Both the position numbers and the translations under genes were made by a program. The notes under the pieces are model-generated. The model did no database searches. It saw only the letters and a program-made list of their open reading frames with translations, and had not been told where the DNA came from. From NCBI GenBank assembly GCA_002269645.1, contig NIVC01002132.1:62001-126000 (forward strand): 64,000 bases of DNA, read 5' to 3'. Below, in pieces: positions 39,338 through 52,875 of this stretch. Within the stretch, counting starts at the first letter, position 1. Every line of letters starts with the position of its first letter. This DNA comes from Macrostomum lignano (taxonomy: Eukaryota).

Positions 39338-40057
39338 TGTAGTAGGGGGGTTTAGTTCAAGCAGTTTTGCTAAGGGCGTTTGCCAAGGTTCCGATTCGTC
39401 GAGTCAATTATTTTAGTAGCATGAATTCTAGAATAAGCAGTTTTGCTTTTACGCTACTATTAGTAGTTCACCTTCGGGAAAATATCTGAAGTTATGGGAA
39501 TTCGAGTCTTAGCGGGTTTCTCTATTAGTAAAAGGCTGTTTGGCCTCGGGAAAAGCATCCTGTTCAGGACCGTCCATTGGACAACATTTGTAAGAGATCT
39601 AAGTCTCAAAAAAAGCCAGACTAAGGGAGTCTCCCCCTTATAAAATAAAAAGAATATATATAAAAAGTATAAAAAGGTAAGATTGGGGTAAAATAGGGAG
39701 ACTAAGAGGAGTCTACCGCTTAGTCAAAACGGAGTCTACCGAGAATAGGAATTAGTATAGTCAGTTAGATAGAAGTACGGGAAAGGAACCAGGAGTCTAC
39801 CGGTTCTAATAACGTAGTAATAATAGTGCTTAAATCTTTGCATATTTGGTTCAATAATATCATTTTCTTTTGTTTGTTTATTCCAATAATCTCCCATGAA
39901 GTCGACTCTTGTCTCACTTATTTTAATTTAAAACTATTATTATAAGGGACATTAGTCTGGTGGCAGCAACCTACCAAATTAGAGTACAGGATAACAGAAG
40001 TAATAATAGAAAACAGAATAAACCAGTAGCCTAAACCACAGGTACCACGCTTGTCCA
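39338..40057 (+). repeat. 3' LTR (720 bp)
   Basis: Near-identical to 31400-32121 and followed by the TATC TSD. Confidence 0.97.
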
Positions 40058-43000
40058 TATCATAGTTTTCTATATAAGCTCTCTCTATTATCTAGTCTAA
40101 ATTATTTATTAATCAATATTATATAATATTGAAGAATGAACTAAACTGAAATCAATTTGAGTGCTACCATCTATCAGATCTAAATTGATGCCAAAAATTT
40201 ACTTATCTAAATTCTAGTTCTAGACTTTAGAAGCTATAGCCTATACTATAACTATACATAATTTAATTATAATTATATTTTAAATCAAATATCCATTAAA
40301 TTTAAACAATAGACCATGCAATTTAAATACTGCTTAGAAACAATATTAATATTGCAATTTAAATATAAATTTATTAAATAAACTGTGATAAGAGTGTACA
40401 TTAAAGTGAGGCGGGGCACAGGGCAGGGGTTGATAAGAGTGTACAGTATCAAAATCAATTATTCTACAAGTTAAAAAGCCATTCTGCTTTTTAACAAACA
40501 TGAAAAGCTAAGTGCTAGACTTTAGAGATTCATTTAATTTGAGGCATTGCATTGCAACTAGTTTAGACATACCACCTAGTCTACACCCTACTGCTTGTTA
40601 GGGCCTACACCCTATTGTCTACACCCTATTGCTTGTTAATGTTAATTTAGTGCTCAAAGGCGTGACTCGTGCGTGAGACCCGTGAGTTTGTAAGCTTTCT
40701 ATTATTGCTTTGCTGCTTTTATTTAAAAGCACTTGGTCGTGTTGAATTTAAATGAACAAAAAAACCTTTTGAGAATATCACTATCAAACCTTTGAGAAAT
40801 AATCTACAATGCCCCTATCTGTCAGAGCCAGGCTCAGCCAGATTCAGATCACAATGAACTTGCATCTATGCGGGTCGTTCTCAAAGCTAGGTCACAACTT
40901 TTTGTTATTGCAAAAAAAGTTTATACATCGACCAATAATCGTACCAAAAAAATTATTTCGACAATTTCTGTAAGAAGCTGCTACTAAAACCACAAGAAAA
41001 CTTGAAATTGAGAAGAAATCAAGGCTATTTGTTATTCTTTGTTGCGGAAAATAAACGACAAAAATATTAAAGAGAAAATAAAATTTTCTTCTATTTTTAT
41101 TTTAAATATGCAGTTAAATTTATTTTGCAAAAATAAAAGAACAAGAAATTGACAAAGGAAATGTTTTTGAGCACAGCATTTTGTTACTCTGCTCTAAATC
41201 CCAGACATTTAAAATTATCGTGTGCGAAAAAGTGCGAAATTATTATAGCATGCACTCGAAAGGACTTCGATCAGTTTAACTAATCACTGAATTAAGAAGT
41301 CTAAATAAGTCTTGAAAGGTTGAATTAAAAATCAAGTTTTCACTATGTATCTTTTCAAAGTCAAGATGATTCGACAAATAAAGAATGTTCATTTTTACGG
41401 TGAACAGAATTGTTCATTTTTACATTAAATATAATAAAATCTAACTAATAATAGAAAAAGTCAGGGAACTATCCTTGAACACCAAAGAGCAAATTGTGGA
41501 TTTAATATCAACTGCATGTTCCTTAATAAAGGAATTCGGATACTAGTATATATTTTATTTTTTGTAGCATAATTTCTGAAAACTATAACTTGCTTGATTT
41601 TACTTTAAGTACTTATTACATTAATACTTATACCAAAGCTACATGTACTTAAAATAAAAAATTATAGTTACTTATTAGACATTTTACTCCAATTAACTTA
41701 AAATAATTCAAATTTATTTTAATTAATTCATTTTTTGAAACTTTTTGGAAAATAGACAAGATTGAATTATTTAATTACCAAAAACCTACTAGCTTAACTA
41801 AAATAGCAATTAGTCTTTAAGAAAAGATTTCACTTGTTAATTGAGAAAAATGAGGATGTGCGAGGTGTAAAAATGCGAAAGAGCATGCAGGAAACAGAGA
41901 CAAACAAAAATGTAGGTAAAAGACACTGCACATGCACATAATATGATAACCAGACATAATGCGCACACTGAAACACCAGTAGCAATGACGCCCAAGCTTT
42001 TGATGATCACAAGCGAAAAGGCAAAACCCAGCCATCAATCAAAGAAGTAGACTTTAGCACGCATCTTGAGTGCATCACGCATTTTTTGCAGAGAAGCTCG
42101 AAAATTAACATTGTATTCTGTGCACAACCACCAACTGCGACAGGGGCTGCCGGGGGATTTGTGGGCACGCAGTCGCGGATACAAATCGGAGGAGTCGCTG
42201 ACCATTCTGAAATGACTAGCTAGTACATGTAATTTTGTGTATTAATATATTCAGTCCGCTTTATTTCTATGCTCTCGTCCGCCTCTCGTTAATGCATCCC
42301 CAGACTCTTGCAATAATAAAACCTATGATCGACCTATGCATGGCTTCCGTCCCTCGCTTTGAATCTCTCACCTCCCCATAGTTCCATCAACCTTACCTTA
42401 GTGGCTTCCTATGCAAAAATCATCCCTCCGCATCTTACACAGGCTACTTCAGGCTGTAGACTGTACTACACTTTTACTTCAGTAATTAGTTGCGCTATAA
42501 GGAATCTACATGTATTTTGCTCGCAGCGCAGCGCGCTGCTCAAATAAGTTTAGTTCTATCTAGATATTCTAGTAATTTCAGGTTTGTCCATAGACTAGAG
42601 CTCATGAGATGAGAATTCCATTAACTAGTACATTTAATATGAATGAACTGCGTGTGTGTGTGCTGTGCATTCATATGTATAATATACGAGTAGTTTATGG
42701 GCCAAATTATTGTGTGGCACAATTCTTGGCATCACTCAGCAGGCACAAGATGCAGTTAAGCAGCGCACGAAAATTCTACAAAAGAAATTGAGCCTGGTTG
42801 AGGTGATGCGAGGAGGCAGATCCACACAATCTCAGTGAATACACCAGACTGCACCAGATACGAGTCCAGTCGAATGTGCGCACTGGTCTAAGCAGCACAC
42901 GCATGTCCTTCTGACAATGACGGCACCTAGCTTCGTCCAAGCCTTTGCCAGCGTCACTGACAGCGTCAATACTACCATGCAGTGCCACCTGCAGCACCGA

Positions 43001-45049
43001 CAACGGCAATTCCTCCAGTTAGCCCACTACAGTGGCTAAACTGAGGGACAGGGAACCTACCCACAGAAGACACACACATACACACACAGCACCGGCAGCA
43101 GCACTCTGACAGCATAACCTAAAGCTCCATGAGCTCAGTTTTCAAGCATTGAAGAAGCAGAAGCAGTCATCTTGGATCCAGGGATCAGGAAGAGTGTTGC
43201 ATGTCCGACATGTGCTGTTTCCGTGGCAAAAGGTGATGGAGCAAATTAATCAACACTTACTATCTAGCTCGTATTAAGACTAAAAAACTGAGGCAAGCTG
43301 GGATTAAACCAAAGAAAATTTTTTACTATACTTTTTTACCATACTTTTACTATACTTCTATAGTATAGTAGAGAGGAACTCTATTTAAATGCAGTAAGAA
43401 GTGAAACAAATTTATATATTTAATTATTAAATTAAATTAATTCAAGGTAAATAACTAATTTAACCAATTTATTAGGAGTATTTATTATTATAATAAATTG
43501 TTTTTTATACCTTACACGAAATAAGCTCTACATTCATTTCTTAGCTTGGGGCCCATCTGTATAAGGTCAGTTTCTTCAAAATGCTGATTAATTAATTAAG
43601 GCCTGTTGTCTTTACTTAAATTTATAAGGGCATCTTAGAAGTTAATATTACTATATAATACATGTATAATAGTATTACTATATTATAGTAATATAGTTGC
43701 AATTTTAATGACTATTGAATAAGTTTAAATGCTTCCCCTATTGACTCTAAATATATGGTATCTTTCCCTTCAGAAAAAATTAGCATAGAATGACTTGATG
43801 AAAACAAAAAAAATCATTTCGAGATACACATTTGCTGATCATTCAGGTCAAATTTCAAGGTCCAGTTTTGCACATGTTTCTCTGTAGCTTGGTTACAAGG
43901 ATTTTAATAAAAATATAATAAATATGTCCAATGAACTAACTGATACATAGCCAAATTGTAGTATTTTCAAAAACAAAAAAAATCATTTGCTCAGTTTACT
44001 TTACTGGATATCTTTGTAAAATTTCAGCTCAAAAGGTGCTCCATGGAGAATGCTAGTGTGGTTACAGGATATTTATTTTGTGCTTCAAAGTAGGAGTTTA
44101 TTGCGATGCATGGTTGCTTTTAATTATTTTTATCAACAATAGTGCTCTATTTCATAACAATTTTTTACAAAAAGATAATAAGACATGTTTTTCTAATTAT
44201 CTGCATCAAAATGTATCATTTTAAGCACGCATTCTAGACGTCAGCCGAAAAATACATTTTGTGAGACGCAAAGAGGCTATCCCACCGGAAATGCTAGGCG
44301 TACAGTTAAAGCGTCTATAAAATCATTTGTAGTGCAGTTTATTGAGCTTTAAAAAATTCTTAAATTAAATTTATATAAGCTTTCATTTTAAATGTAATAT
44401 AGCAAGGTTTCAACACAACAACAACTTTTTTTAGCTACAGACATCTTGTAGTATCAAAAATTAACATCGGTGAAATGATTGAATTTGAATTTTTTCATCG
44501 CTAATTATCGCTTAATACCGCCAGATGATTAAAAACACTTTTGTATGATAAAGTTCAACCCAAAAATTATCTTTATTGACAGATAAAAGTGTCCTATTAT
44601 TTTTAATATCGCAGTAACAATAGTAAATGTTCGGAAAATTGTTAAAATTTTTGCTCCTCCTAGAATTTGCGAACGACCCATGCATGCATGCCCATTTTCC
44701 ACGATATTTTCCTTGATTTAAAACTTCATAGTTCATACTTATCATAAACTTTGCCATGTTTTCTTGCACGATCTTGATTAAAACAGTAATAATTTCTAGA
44801 CAAAATGATTCAGAGAGTTATCAGGTCTTTTTTATCTGAGATGAGTGTTTTCTTTTTTTTCTCGTGTTATATTTTATAAGTTGTAAATTTCAAGTTATGC
44901 TTTTTCGAAGAAGTCTGATATCCAACTAGATTAAAGAAACAGCTTGTTACAGTAAGTTACAAACAAACATTGCCACGCAGCTAGGGCGGACCCAGTTGAG
45001 AGGGGCAGGGGATGACCCTTTCTCAGCAGTGGCCTAACAAATTTGTGTT

Positions 45050-47200
45050 AACTAATGTAGTAGTAGTAGTAGTAAGTTGGCTCAGGCAAGAAGCCTGTTT
45101 GGCCAGTATATTTCACAGATACTATAAATAAGTTTATAGTATCTGTGGTATATTTCTGTGTATTTAAGATATTTTAGCATTAGTTGTTTAATTACGATAA
45201 AGTTCAAAAGGTTAAATTTTTACACGAGTTATGTAATTATTAATTATGTAATTATTAATGAAATAATTAATGTATTGTTATTGACTAGTAGTTAATTTTA
45301 ATTAGGCCTAATAACAAAAATTATTGACTTATTTTGAGGTACGAGTACCACTAGGCACTATTATGACTAATCCATATGCTAAAACTTAAGTGCTATAAAG
45401 GTTTTTTAGCATAGTTTTTTAGCATTTCTAGCATACAAGGTATATTATATATACAGCATACCAAAATGGTATATAGATAGTTCTCAAATTAAGGTCATGA
45501 TGTTTTAGTACAGAAAAAAAGTTTTTGAATAAAGTAATTATTTTGCAAAAAACAATTCTTTCATTAATTTAAAAAAACTACCAAGTTAAAACTACAAGAA
45601 ACCAAATATTTAAGATAAAATCTAGCAATTTGTTATTTTTTGCAATGGAAAATAAGATGACAAAAATATGAAATAATGCAAGTTTTCTTTTATTTTATAT
45701 GTTCAAATGAATCTTTTATTCTATGTTCACTATTTAATAAGGATTATTTCAATAGAAAATGTTTCTTTTAACTCAACATTTTGTTTTTTTTATCTAAATT
45801 GCTTGTATTTAAAATTATTGCATTTACTATAAGAAATCCTAGACACATTCAAATACCATACTTAATAAAAAATTGTTTTATCTGATTAATACCTATACTC
45901 ATTTTTATCACCTACAGGATCAATTGAATTGCTATACCTCAAGTTCATACAAGATACTTGTTTTTTAATTACTTACTTAAATATTTTTTACTTTGTTAAT
46001 TTTTAAAGCTTGTTTGAAGTTTTATAGAAAAATTTAGGCACTTTTTCAAATACTCTATTTTTGCAAAACTTGTTACATATTATGTAATATGTTACATATT
46101 GTAATATGTTATATGTTAAAATGTTATGTAATGTATATGTTATATGTTAATATGTTATATAATACTTGTATGTTATGTTAACAACATATATGTTATTATG
46201 TTGTTACATAATATGTAATATGTTACATATTACAAAAGCGCTTACTTATTCAAAAAACCTGCAGACCTGTCCTATCAAATTACTTTCCAAGTCTATTTAG
46301 AAACAAATAATACCTAACGACCCTTCTGAAACTGAAATATGAACTCACGCCCAAGGCATTCTCTCAGGAAGCTTGTGGACTCTGTGGAGCAAGAAATGGA
46401 GCCGATATTCTTCACTACCTAAGTGAGTGCCCACAAACACTAAAAATTAGGAAAAAATACTTTTCTCAATACCTTCTAGATGCCACACACATGCATAAAA
46501 TAGGGTATGCCACAAATGAAAAAAAGAGTCAGAAAAGAGCTCCCCGGAGTAGCCAAAATTTACAATGTCATGTACAGCTAAATTTATTTGCATGAAATAT
46601 ATAACATGTTTATATACATGCATAGCAGTTAAGTACTGAGTCCGCTTCTTACCCCCCCCCACCATCACGTTTTCAAAAAATCTGGATCTTTTTTAAAATG
46701 CTATTGTAATTACGGTTATATATGCTTTGATATATTGGCATAAAATAGTTATCTTTTTCTTTTCTTTTGGATTTTTCATTCGCAACTTATCGTAATCAAA
46801 GTAATCTTGCAATTAAAGCTATACTTTGTAATTTGTACTCATTTTTGTATTAATATTTATACTCGTTGTTAGTTGTTAGTTGTCACTTTTCGTCCAAAAA
46901 TACTGTAAAAATTCTGGCGCGCTTTCAAATACTTTATCTTTTACAATAACTCGTCAAATCGTCATCAAATCATCTTTTTAAACTTCTATTTCGAAAATTT
47001 TTCCAAATACATAGCTCTATAATATATTGGCCAAACAGGCTAATTGCCTGAGCCAAATTCTTACTACTAGTACTACTACTTGTATTTATGCATAGGGTTT
47101 TCCTTCTACTCTTGAATTTTTTATTAAATATACTAATGTATACTGGCCAAACAAGCTTCTTGCCTGAGCCAAACTTACTATTGCTACTATTACTACTACT
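45050..47200. repeat. Three copies of a short dispersed motif (TAG)n-TTGGCTCAGGCAA..CTGTTTGGCCA.TATA: + at about 45055-45112, - at about 47020-47080 and 47135-47200
   Basis: Direct sequence comparison. Probably termini of a repeat family. Confidence 0.6.
46311..46490 (+). mobile_element. Non-LTR retrotransposon ORF2 C-terminal CCHC relic
   Basis: Translates YLTTLLKLKYELTPKAFSQEACGLCGARNGADILHYLSECPQTLKIRKKYF, with the C-x2-C-x9-H-x4-C-P motif typical of LINE 3' ends. Confidence 0.5.
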
Positions 47201-47216
47201 ATACACTTTGCATATT

Positions 47217-47875
47217 ACAAGCTGTTGAAACCTGCAGATTTTAAACCTAAAGAGTTCTAATCTGTGGAACTATTTTTGCATGTATTATTGTATTTGGGGC
47301 CATACTTAAACAAAAACTTGTTAATAGTTAGTAAGATAAGGTAAACATAAAATGGAGTACAATTATGTAAAATTAGGATTTTATGTATTGGCAAACTCTG
47401 GCCTCTGCCTCTGACTCTCCCTATGTCCCTTGAACCCTTTGAAACTTTTATCTTCTCTTCTGTTTCCTCTTTTCTCTCTTGTCCCTTGTCTTTCCTCTCC
47501 TCTCACCTTTTCTCCTTTTTCCTCTCACCTCTCTCCCCTCTTCTCTCATACCTTCCCTTATCTCTCCTCTTTCATCTCTCTTATCTCTTCTCTTCTCTCT
47601 CCTTTCTCCCCTTCTTCTGTCATCTCTTACTTACCTCACCTCTCTTCTCTCTTGTGTATACTCTTTTATCTCTCATCTCTCTTCTTTTATCTTCTCTCTT
47701 TTCTCTTATTTCTCTCTGCTTTCCCCCTCTCTCTCTCTCTCTTCTCTCTACTCTCTCCCTTCTCCATTCTCCTCTTTCCTCTCCTCTCTCCTCACTAACT
47801 AACTTCTCTCCCCCTATGTCTCTCATCTTTCCTCTTATCTCTGTAATCTCTTCTCTTATTATAATCTCTACCCCT
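47217..47875 (+). mobile_element. 5' partial copy of the Helitron-like element at 25999, with its own CT-rich tract
   Basis: ACAAGCTGTTGAAACC...TTTTGCATGTATT...TAAAATGGAG.ACA...GTATTGGCAAA.TCTGGCCTCT..CTGACTCTCCCTATGTCCCTTG is collinear with 26000-26310. Confidence 0.75.
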
Positions 47876-49087
47876 AGTACAACTTGGTGGCAGCAGTAGG
47901 ATCTGAGAGGGTAGAAGAATACCCCTAGTACATATGCCAATTAAAGCAGTGATTGCAAAGCAAATACTATTTTGGTCAAAAAAGGAATTTTGCCTATAAA
48001 ATAAGTGTCTAATAAATAAAACATATATAAAGAGTAAAAATGGTAGATTGCCTAGTGCTAGGTAAAAATTTGAGAGTCCCTAAGAAATATATATATGCTG
48101 CTTAGACAAATTAACATATTGCAATATTGAGTTGTGATAGACTGTACTTCCTTGAAGGAAGCCTATCAGTTTACCTACGAATCATTAGTAAAATAATTTT
48201 GAAAATATAATCAGTCAGTAGTGTTTTGCCACTTGGGCACTAGTACTACTAATAGTAAATGGTACCAACAATAGTCTATTTAGTTTAATAAGCAGTTTAG
48301 TGATAGAATAGGAATAAAACTAAAAGGATAATTCATAATAGAAAATGCATTTGCAACAACTTAGTACAAGCAGTAGGATTTTAAGGACAGCAAAGCAAAG
48401 CCCTATTATAACTTAGTGGTAATAGACCAGACCAGTGATAAGATATTAACACTTAAGAAAGCTATAAAAAGAATCAATCAGACAAATATCACATATAGTC
48501 TTTAATCAGATAAAAAAATAAAAAATAAATATATATATATATATAAATATGTATATTTATATATAATATGTAATATGTATATTTATATATAACCTCTAAA
48601 ATTATAGCAACCATAAAACTTTGTTTTGACAAAAATATAACTTTGTTTATTCCTTTTGCAACTTACATTGTTGCAAGCTAGATTAGCCAAGTTGGCTGGC
48701 AATCACATCTTTAATAAGAAAGCAAAAGAATATTAAAGCCAGTTCAAAATTACTAGTAGTAGCTTTGTGAGTCCAGTTTTGCTGAAATCAATATGTAGTT
48801 GGTTCAGCCCTATTTTAAAATTATTATAATTAATAATATAATTATCAAGATGAAGTTATTATATGCATTTTTTTCTTAGTTAAATTTTTTTCAAGTTGGC
48901 ACCAAAACTATAGTGTTAACACTTATAAATGGTTTTTATCCTCTGCATTACGTAGACAACAAAAAAAAGAATATTTTTTCAATAAACTAGATATAGCTAT
49001 TGACTTTGTAAATTTACTATTATTAATATACTGAAGAAAAAGATGTTTAATTCAAAAAGCATCTGTGCCAAAGCTAGCTATCTAGCC

Positions 49088-49246
49088 TTACATATTAGCA
49101 CCACTTTGATCTTTGACATCAAAGCCTCCCTTTGGTGCTTGGCCTATCAACAACTCCCAATTGACTCTTGGAATCTTAGCAATTTCCCCTATGAGCCATA
49201 GCATTATATTTGATTTTGAAATTTTCAATTGATTCCAAATGGCTCT
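49088..49246 (-). mobile_element. L1/Tx1-like LINE ORF2 relic
   Basis: Translates ...IMLWLIGEIAKIPRVNWELLIGQAPKGGFDVKD, resembling the post-RT motif FLW.GK..(K/R)V.W..L..PK..GGL...D. Confidence 0.4.
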
Positions 49247-49403
49247 GCAATTCTTATGCTTAAGAACCCAGGCTTATTTTATCGTGCTTTTCTGTTAAAT
49301 TAATTCACTGAAGACTGACCAGAAAACAAAATATATGCAATATATACTTTTGGTAAACATCAACAGAGTCTCCCCTTTCATAATCCTCAGCTATTTCAAT
49401 CCA

Positions 49404-51448
49404 ATGGACTCTAAATCCAGCAAAAGGAAGTCAAATTCAACAGCAGAAGTTCTGTCCAGTTTCAGACTGGCACAGGTGCCCAGAAATGAGCAGTTTGGCC
49501 TGGCCGATGCAGCTGGTGCTACCCTAGTGCGCCTGCGCTTCTCTGGTCGAACCTACAGGTAAAACCCGGTGTCTATGCAATTTTGATAGAGAGATTGTGC
49601 CAGATTTTTGTTCCAAACGACGCAGTACAGGTCACCCAATTGACTGGCAAAAGCATATGGCACCCCCTTGATACCATCTTTGAAGACCTCTTGTTTAAAG
49701 CGCTGGTGCCCCCCCCCCCGAAATAGAATGGCACCCACTCCTCAAATAGACTGGCACCCACCCCTCAAATAGACTGGCACCCACCCCTCAAATAGACTGG
49801 CACCCACCCCTCAAATAGACTGGCACCCACTCCTCAAATAGACTGGCACCCACCCCTCAAATAGACTGGCACCCACCCCTCAAATGGAATGGCACCCCCT
49901 CAAATAGAATGGCACCCACTCCTCAAATAGACTGGCACCCACCCCTCAAATAGACTGGCACCCACCCCTCAAATAGACTGGCACCCACCCCTCAAATGGA
50001 ATGGCACCCCCTCAAATAGAATGGCACCCACCCCTCAAATAGAATGGCACCCCCTCAAATAGAATGGCACCCACCCCTCAACTAGAATGGCACCCCCTCA
50101 ACTAGAATGGCACCCCCTCAAATAGAGTGGCACCCACCCCTCAAATAGAATGGCACCCCCTCAAACAGAATGGCACCCCCTCAAATAGAATGGCACTCAC
50201 CCCTCAAATAGAGTGGCACCCACCCCTCAAATAGAGTGGCACCCACCCCTCAAATAGACTGGCACCCACCCCTCAACTAGAATGGCACCCCCTCAAATAG
50301 AATGGCACCCCCTCAAATAGAATGGCACCCCCTCAAATAGAATGGCACCCACCCCTCAACTAGAATGGCACCCCCTCAAATAGAATGGCACCCACCCCTC
50401 AACTAGAATGGCACCCCCTCAACTAGAATGGCACCCCCTCAAATAGAGTGGCACCCACCCCTCAAATAGAATGGCACCCCCTCAAACAGAGTATACGGCA
50501 TCGAGACTAAGAGGCCATCATTACTGACATCGCACAATCATATTTAACAGGCCAGACATTCTTGTGCCTCTATGCGGCTTAGTAACCCAGCGTCAGGTGG
50601 AGCACCTGGCCCAGAGCCTGATTGACGGCCGCATGAATGCCGTGCCAGTTGAGCAGCCGCCCAGTCTGAGCTGCCGCCAGTACCCGCCGGACAGGCAGCA
50701 GTTCCTGCTGTTGCCGCGGGCCGGCGCCGAAGCCGCGGCCGATGCTGCCGACACCAAGTTATTGGCGCCTTCGATGAGCGCCAGCATCGCCGAGTTGCCA
50801 GCCAACGCGGCCCGTCAGCAGTCGGCTGCCAGCGCTGCCGCCGACGCAGCCGGACCTTCCGGCGCCAGCATGGCGGAGCTGGCCGCCTTCGCCCAGCGGT
50901 TCCGCCGGCGCCGGGAGGAGCTGGGCTACTCGCAGCTGGACGCCTGTCTGGCAATGGAGCGGCTGTACAAGTGCACAATCAGCCAGGGCATGCTCAGCCG
51001 CTTTGAGCTGGCCGACCTCAGTCTGGACAACATGACCGACGTCTGGCCGCTGCTGCGCCGCTGGCTGGCCGACCTCGAGGCTCGCGAGCTGCTCGGTGCC
51101 GAGGCCGCCGACTCCATCGTAGCCGCCGCGGCCAGCGCAGCTGAGACTGGCGCCGTCGGGCCGCCGACTCGGCTGATCCGACAGCGGCGCCCCCGGCGCC
51201 CCCGCTGCCAGCCGTCTGGCGCTCAGTTGGCGCAGCTCGAGCGCCACTATTTGCACACGCCGCATCTGTCAAAAGCCGATTCGGCGGCTTTGAGCAGCCG
51301 CCTCGGCCTGCCTAAGCCAGTTGTTCTCACCTGGTTCTGCAACCGGCGCCAGCGTGATCGGCTGGCTGCTGAGGTGGCGGCAGCGACAGTGGACACCTTC
51401 CAGACTGAGCTGTCCGCTGCAATGGTGACCAAGTCGCATTCTAATTAG
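49404..51448 (+). CDS. Divergent POU-homeodomain transcription factor (about 350 aa, two exons)
   Basis: Exon 1 is 49404-49558 (donor CAG|GTAAAA); exon 2 is 50551-51448 (acceptor TTTAACAG|), phase 2. POU-specific ELAAFAQRFRRRREELGYSQ...SQGMLSRFE..LSLDNM....PLLRRWL; homeodomain ...LERHYLHTPHLS...LGLPKPVVLTWFCNRRQR with the POU-diagnostic Cys50. Confidence 0.88.
49722..50488. repeat. Minisatellite, mixed 20/23-bp units CCCCTCAAATAGA(A/C)TGGCAC(CCA), in the POU intron
   Basis: About 35 tandem units are visible. Confidence 0.97.
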
Positions 51449-51865
51449 AGAATAAGTAATTTTTTAAAGTCGAAATAGCAGCAATTTTTCAAAAAGTCTT
51501 ACTATGCTACTTTTAAGTAGCTAAGTTGGTAAAATGGTATTTTTGTAAAACGATGCTAATGTCTTCTATAAATTTGCATTTCTTTGCTCGTTTCAATTCG
51601 GTTTTAATTTGTAAACAAATAAACTTGTCCGCTGATAAGTACGAGTACGATATGACCTTGCTCGGGTGCTAAGATCCTGGTTGCCTGTTCATAAATAATA
51701 AATAATCGGTTGGGCTGGATTGTACTCCTGAATTCACTCTATTCAATGGGAGGTAATATGAGACAGTTGAATTGCGCTTGAGGCCGTGCTGTCCGAAATC
51801 GGAGTGCACCGCCGTTATTAAAGTGGCGAAAATGTCGTAAATAATGCATGCTGGCCCACCCTGAC

Positions 51866-52100
51866 ACTCCGTGATGTTGGCGCCTCCTGACTCACCATGA
51901 TGTTGGCGCCTCCTGACTCTCCAAGATTTTGGTGCCCCCTAACACCATGATGTTGGCGCCTCCTGACTCTCCCAAGATTTTGGCGCCCCTGACACTCCAG
52001 GAAGGATGTTGGCGTTTCTTAATCCTGATACTTCGTGAGATGTTGGCGCCCCCTGAATTCCCATGTTAGCGCTCTCTGACTCCCCACGATGTTGGCATTT
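51866..52100. repeat. Degenerate about 30-bp tandem repeat GATGTTGGCGCC(T/C)CCTGAC
   Basis: Seven to eight degenerate copies are visible. Confidence 0.8.
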
Positions 52101-52737
52101 CGGCCCATTGTTACATGGAATGCAAGAGCTACCATCATAGAATCGGCCTTGTGTGCTTAACTGTTAAACCGGAAGGAGTCTGCTCTGCTGTTTATCCTGA
52201 ATTTGTGGTCTCTGGACAGGCTCATTATTCGATATAATTATCCTCCTCATTATTGACCGAAAATCCTTAAAACATTGCTCACACAGCTTCGTGGTAGCCG
52301 CCGCCATAGCTGTGCAGTGGGCGCTCAAACAAAAACCCCCACCCCTATACTACTCCGCCCCCCGCCTCTCCCTCTTATCTTCAGCGGTAAGATCAAAAGG
52401 CTGATGAGTGACTCAAAAGGCCGGCTGTTCTCTACTTGGCCTCTCTTAGCTACACCGCTGACTGTAAACCCATGTCGTGCTCACTCGTATATAGGCCTGG
52501 GGCAAAAGGGTACTGATAAATTGCTGTGTACACTTGCGCGCCCAAGCTGCTTTGAACCGGCTGGCTGGCTGGGTCATAAAACTGACTAAAATGTATTGAT
52601 AGTCACGACCCTCTTCTATTCGATTCGAATTGAGTTGGTGCCGAGCTGTGAGCACTTTAAACCCACCTCCCACACAATTATGTTTGCGATTTTGACTTTT
52701 TTATTTTTTGGCTTTGACAAAACAAATAAAGGATTCT

Positions 52738-52875
52738 AGCGCTCCTACGAGCTAACAGAGCCGAGTTCGGCGCTAATGACACCCCATTTTATAGCGCTCC
52801 TAACAGAGCCGAGTTCGGCGCTAATGACACCTATTTTATAGCGCCCCAAACAGAGCCGAGTTCGGCGCCAAAGAC
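52738..52875. repeat. 47-48 bp tandem repeat x3 containing the hairpin GCCGAGTTCGGC
   Basis: AACAGAGCCGAGTTCGGCGC recurs at 52754, 52802 and 52849. Confidence 0.85.

Larger units (their letters stand above)
31400..40057 (+). mobile_element. Full-length Ty3/Gypsy LTR retrotransposon (8.66 kb), recent insertion, integrase-defective, with extra ORF3
   Basis: TG...CA LTRs at 31400-32121 and 39338-40057; 4-bp TSD TATC (31396-31399 / 40058-40061); PBS and PPT; domain order gag-PR-RT-RH-IN. Confidence 0.97.

Noticed and set aside
50544-51432. Antisense ORFs over the POU exon (and similar ones over the TDG, p75-like and Amt exons)
   Set aside because: Shadow ORFs expected from GC-rich coding sequence.
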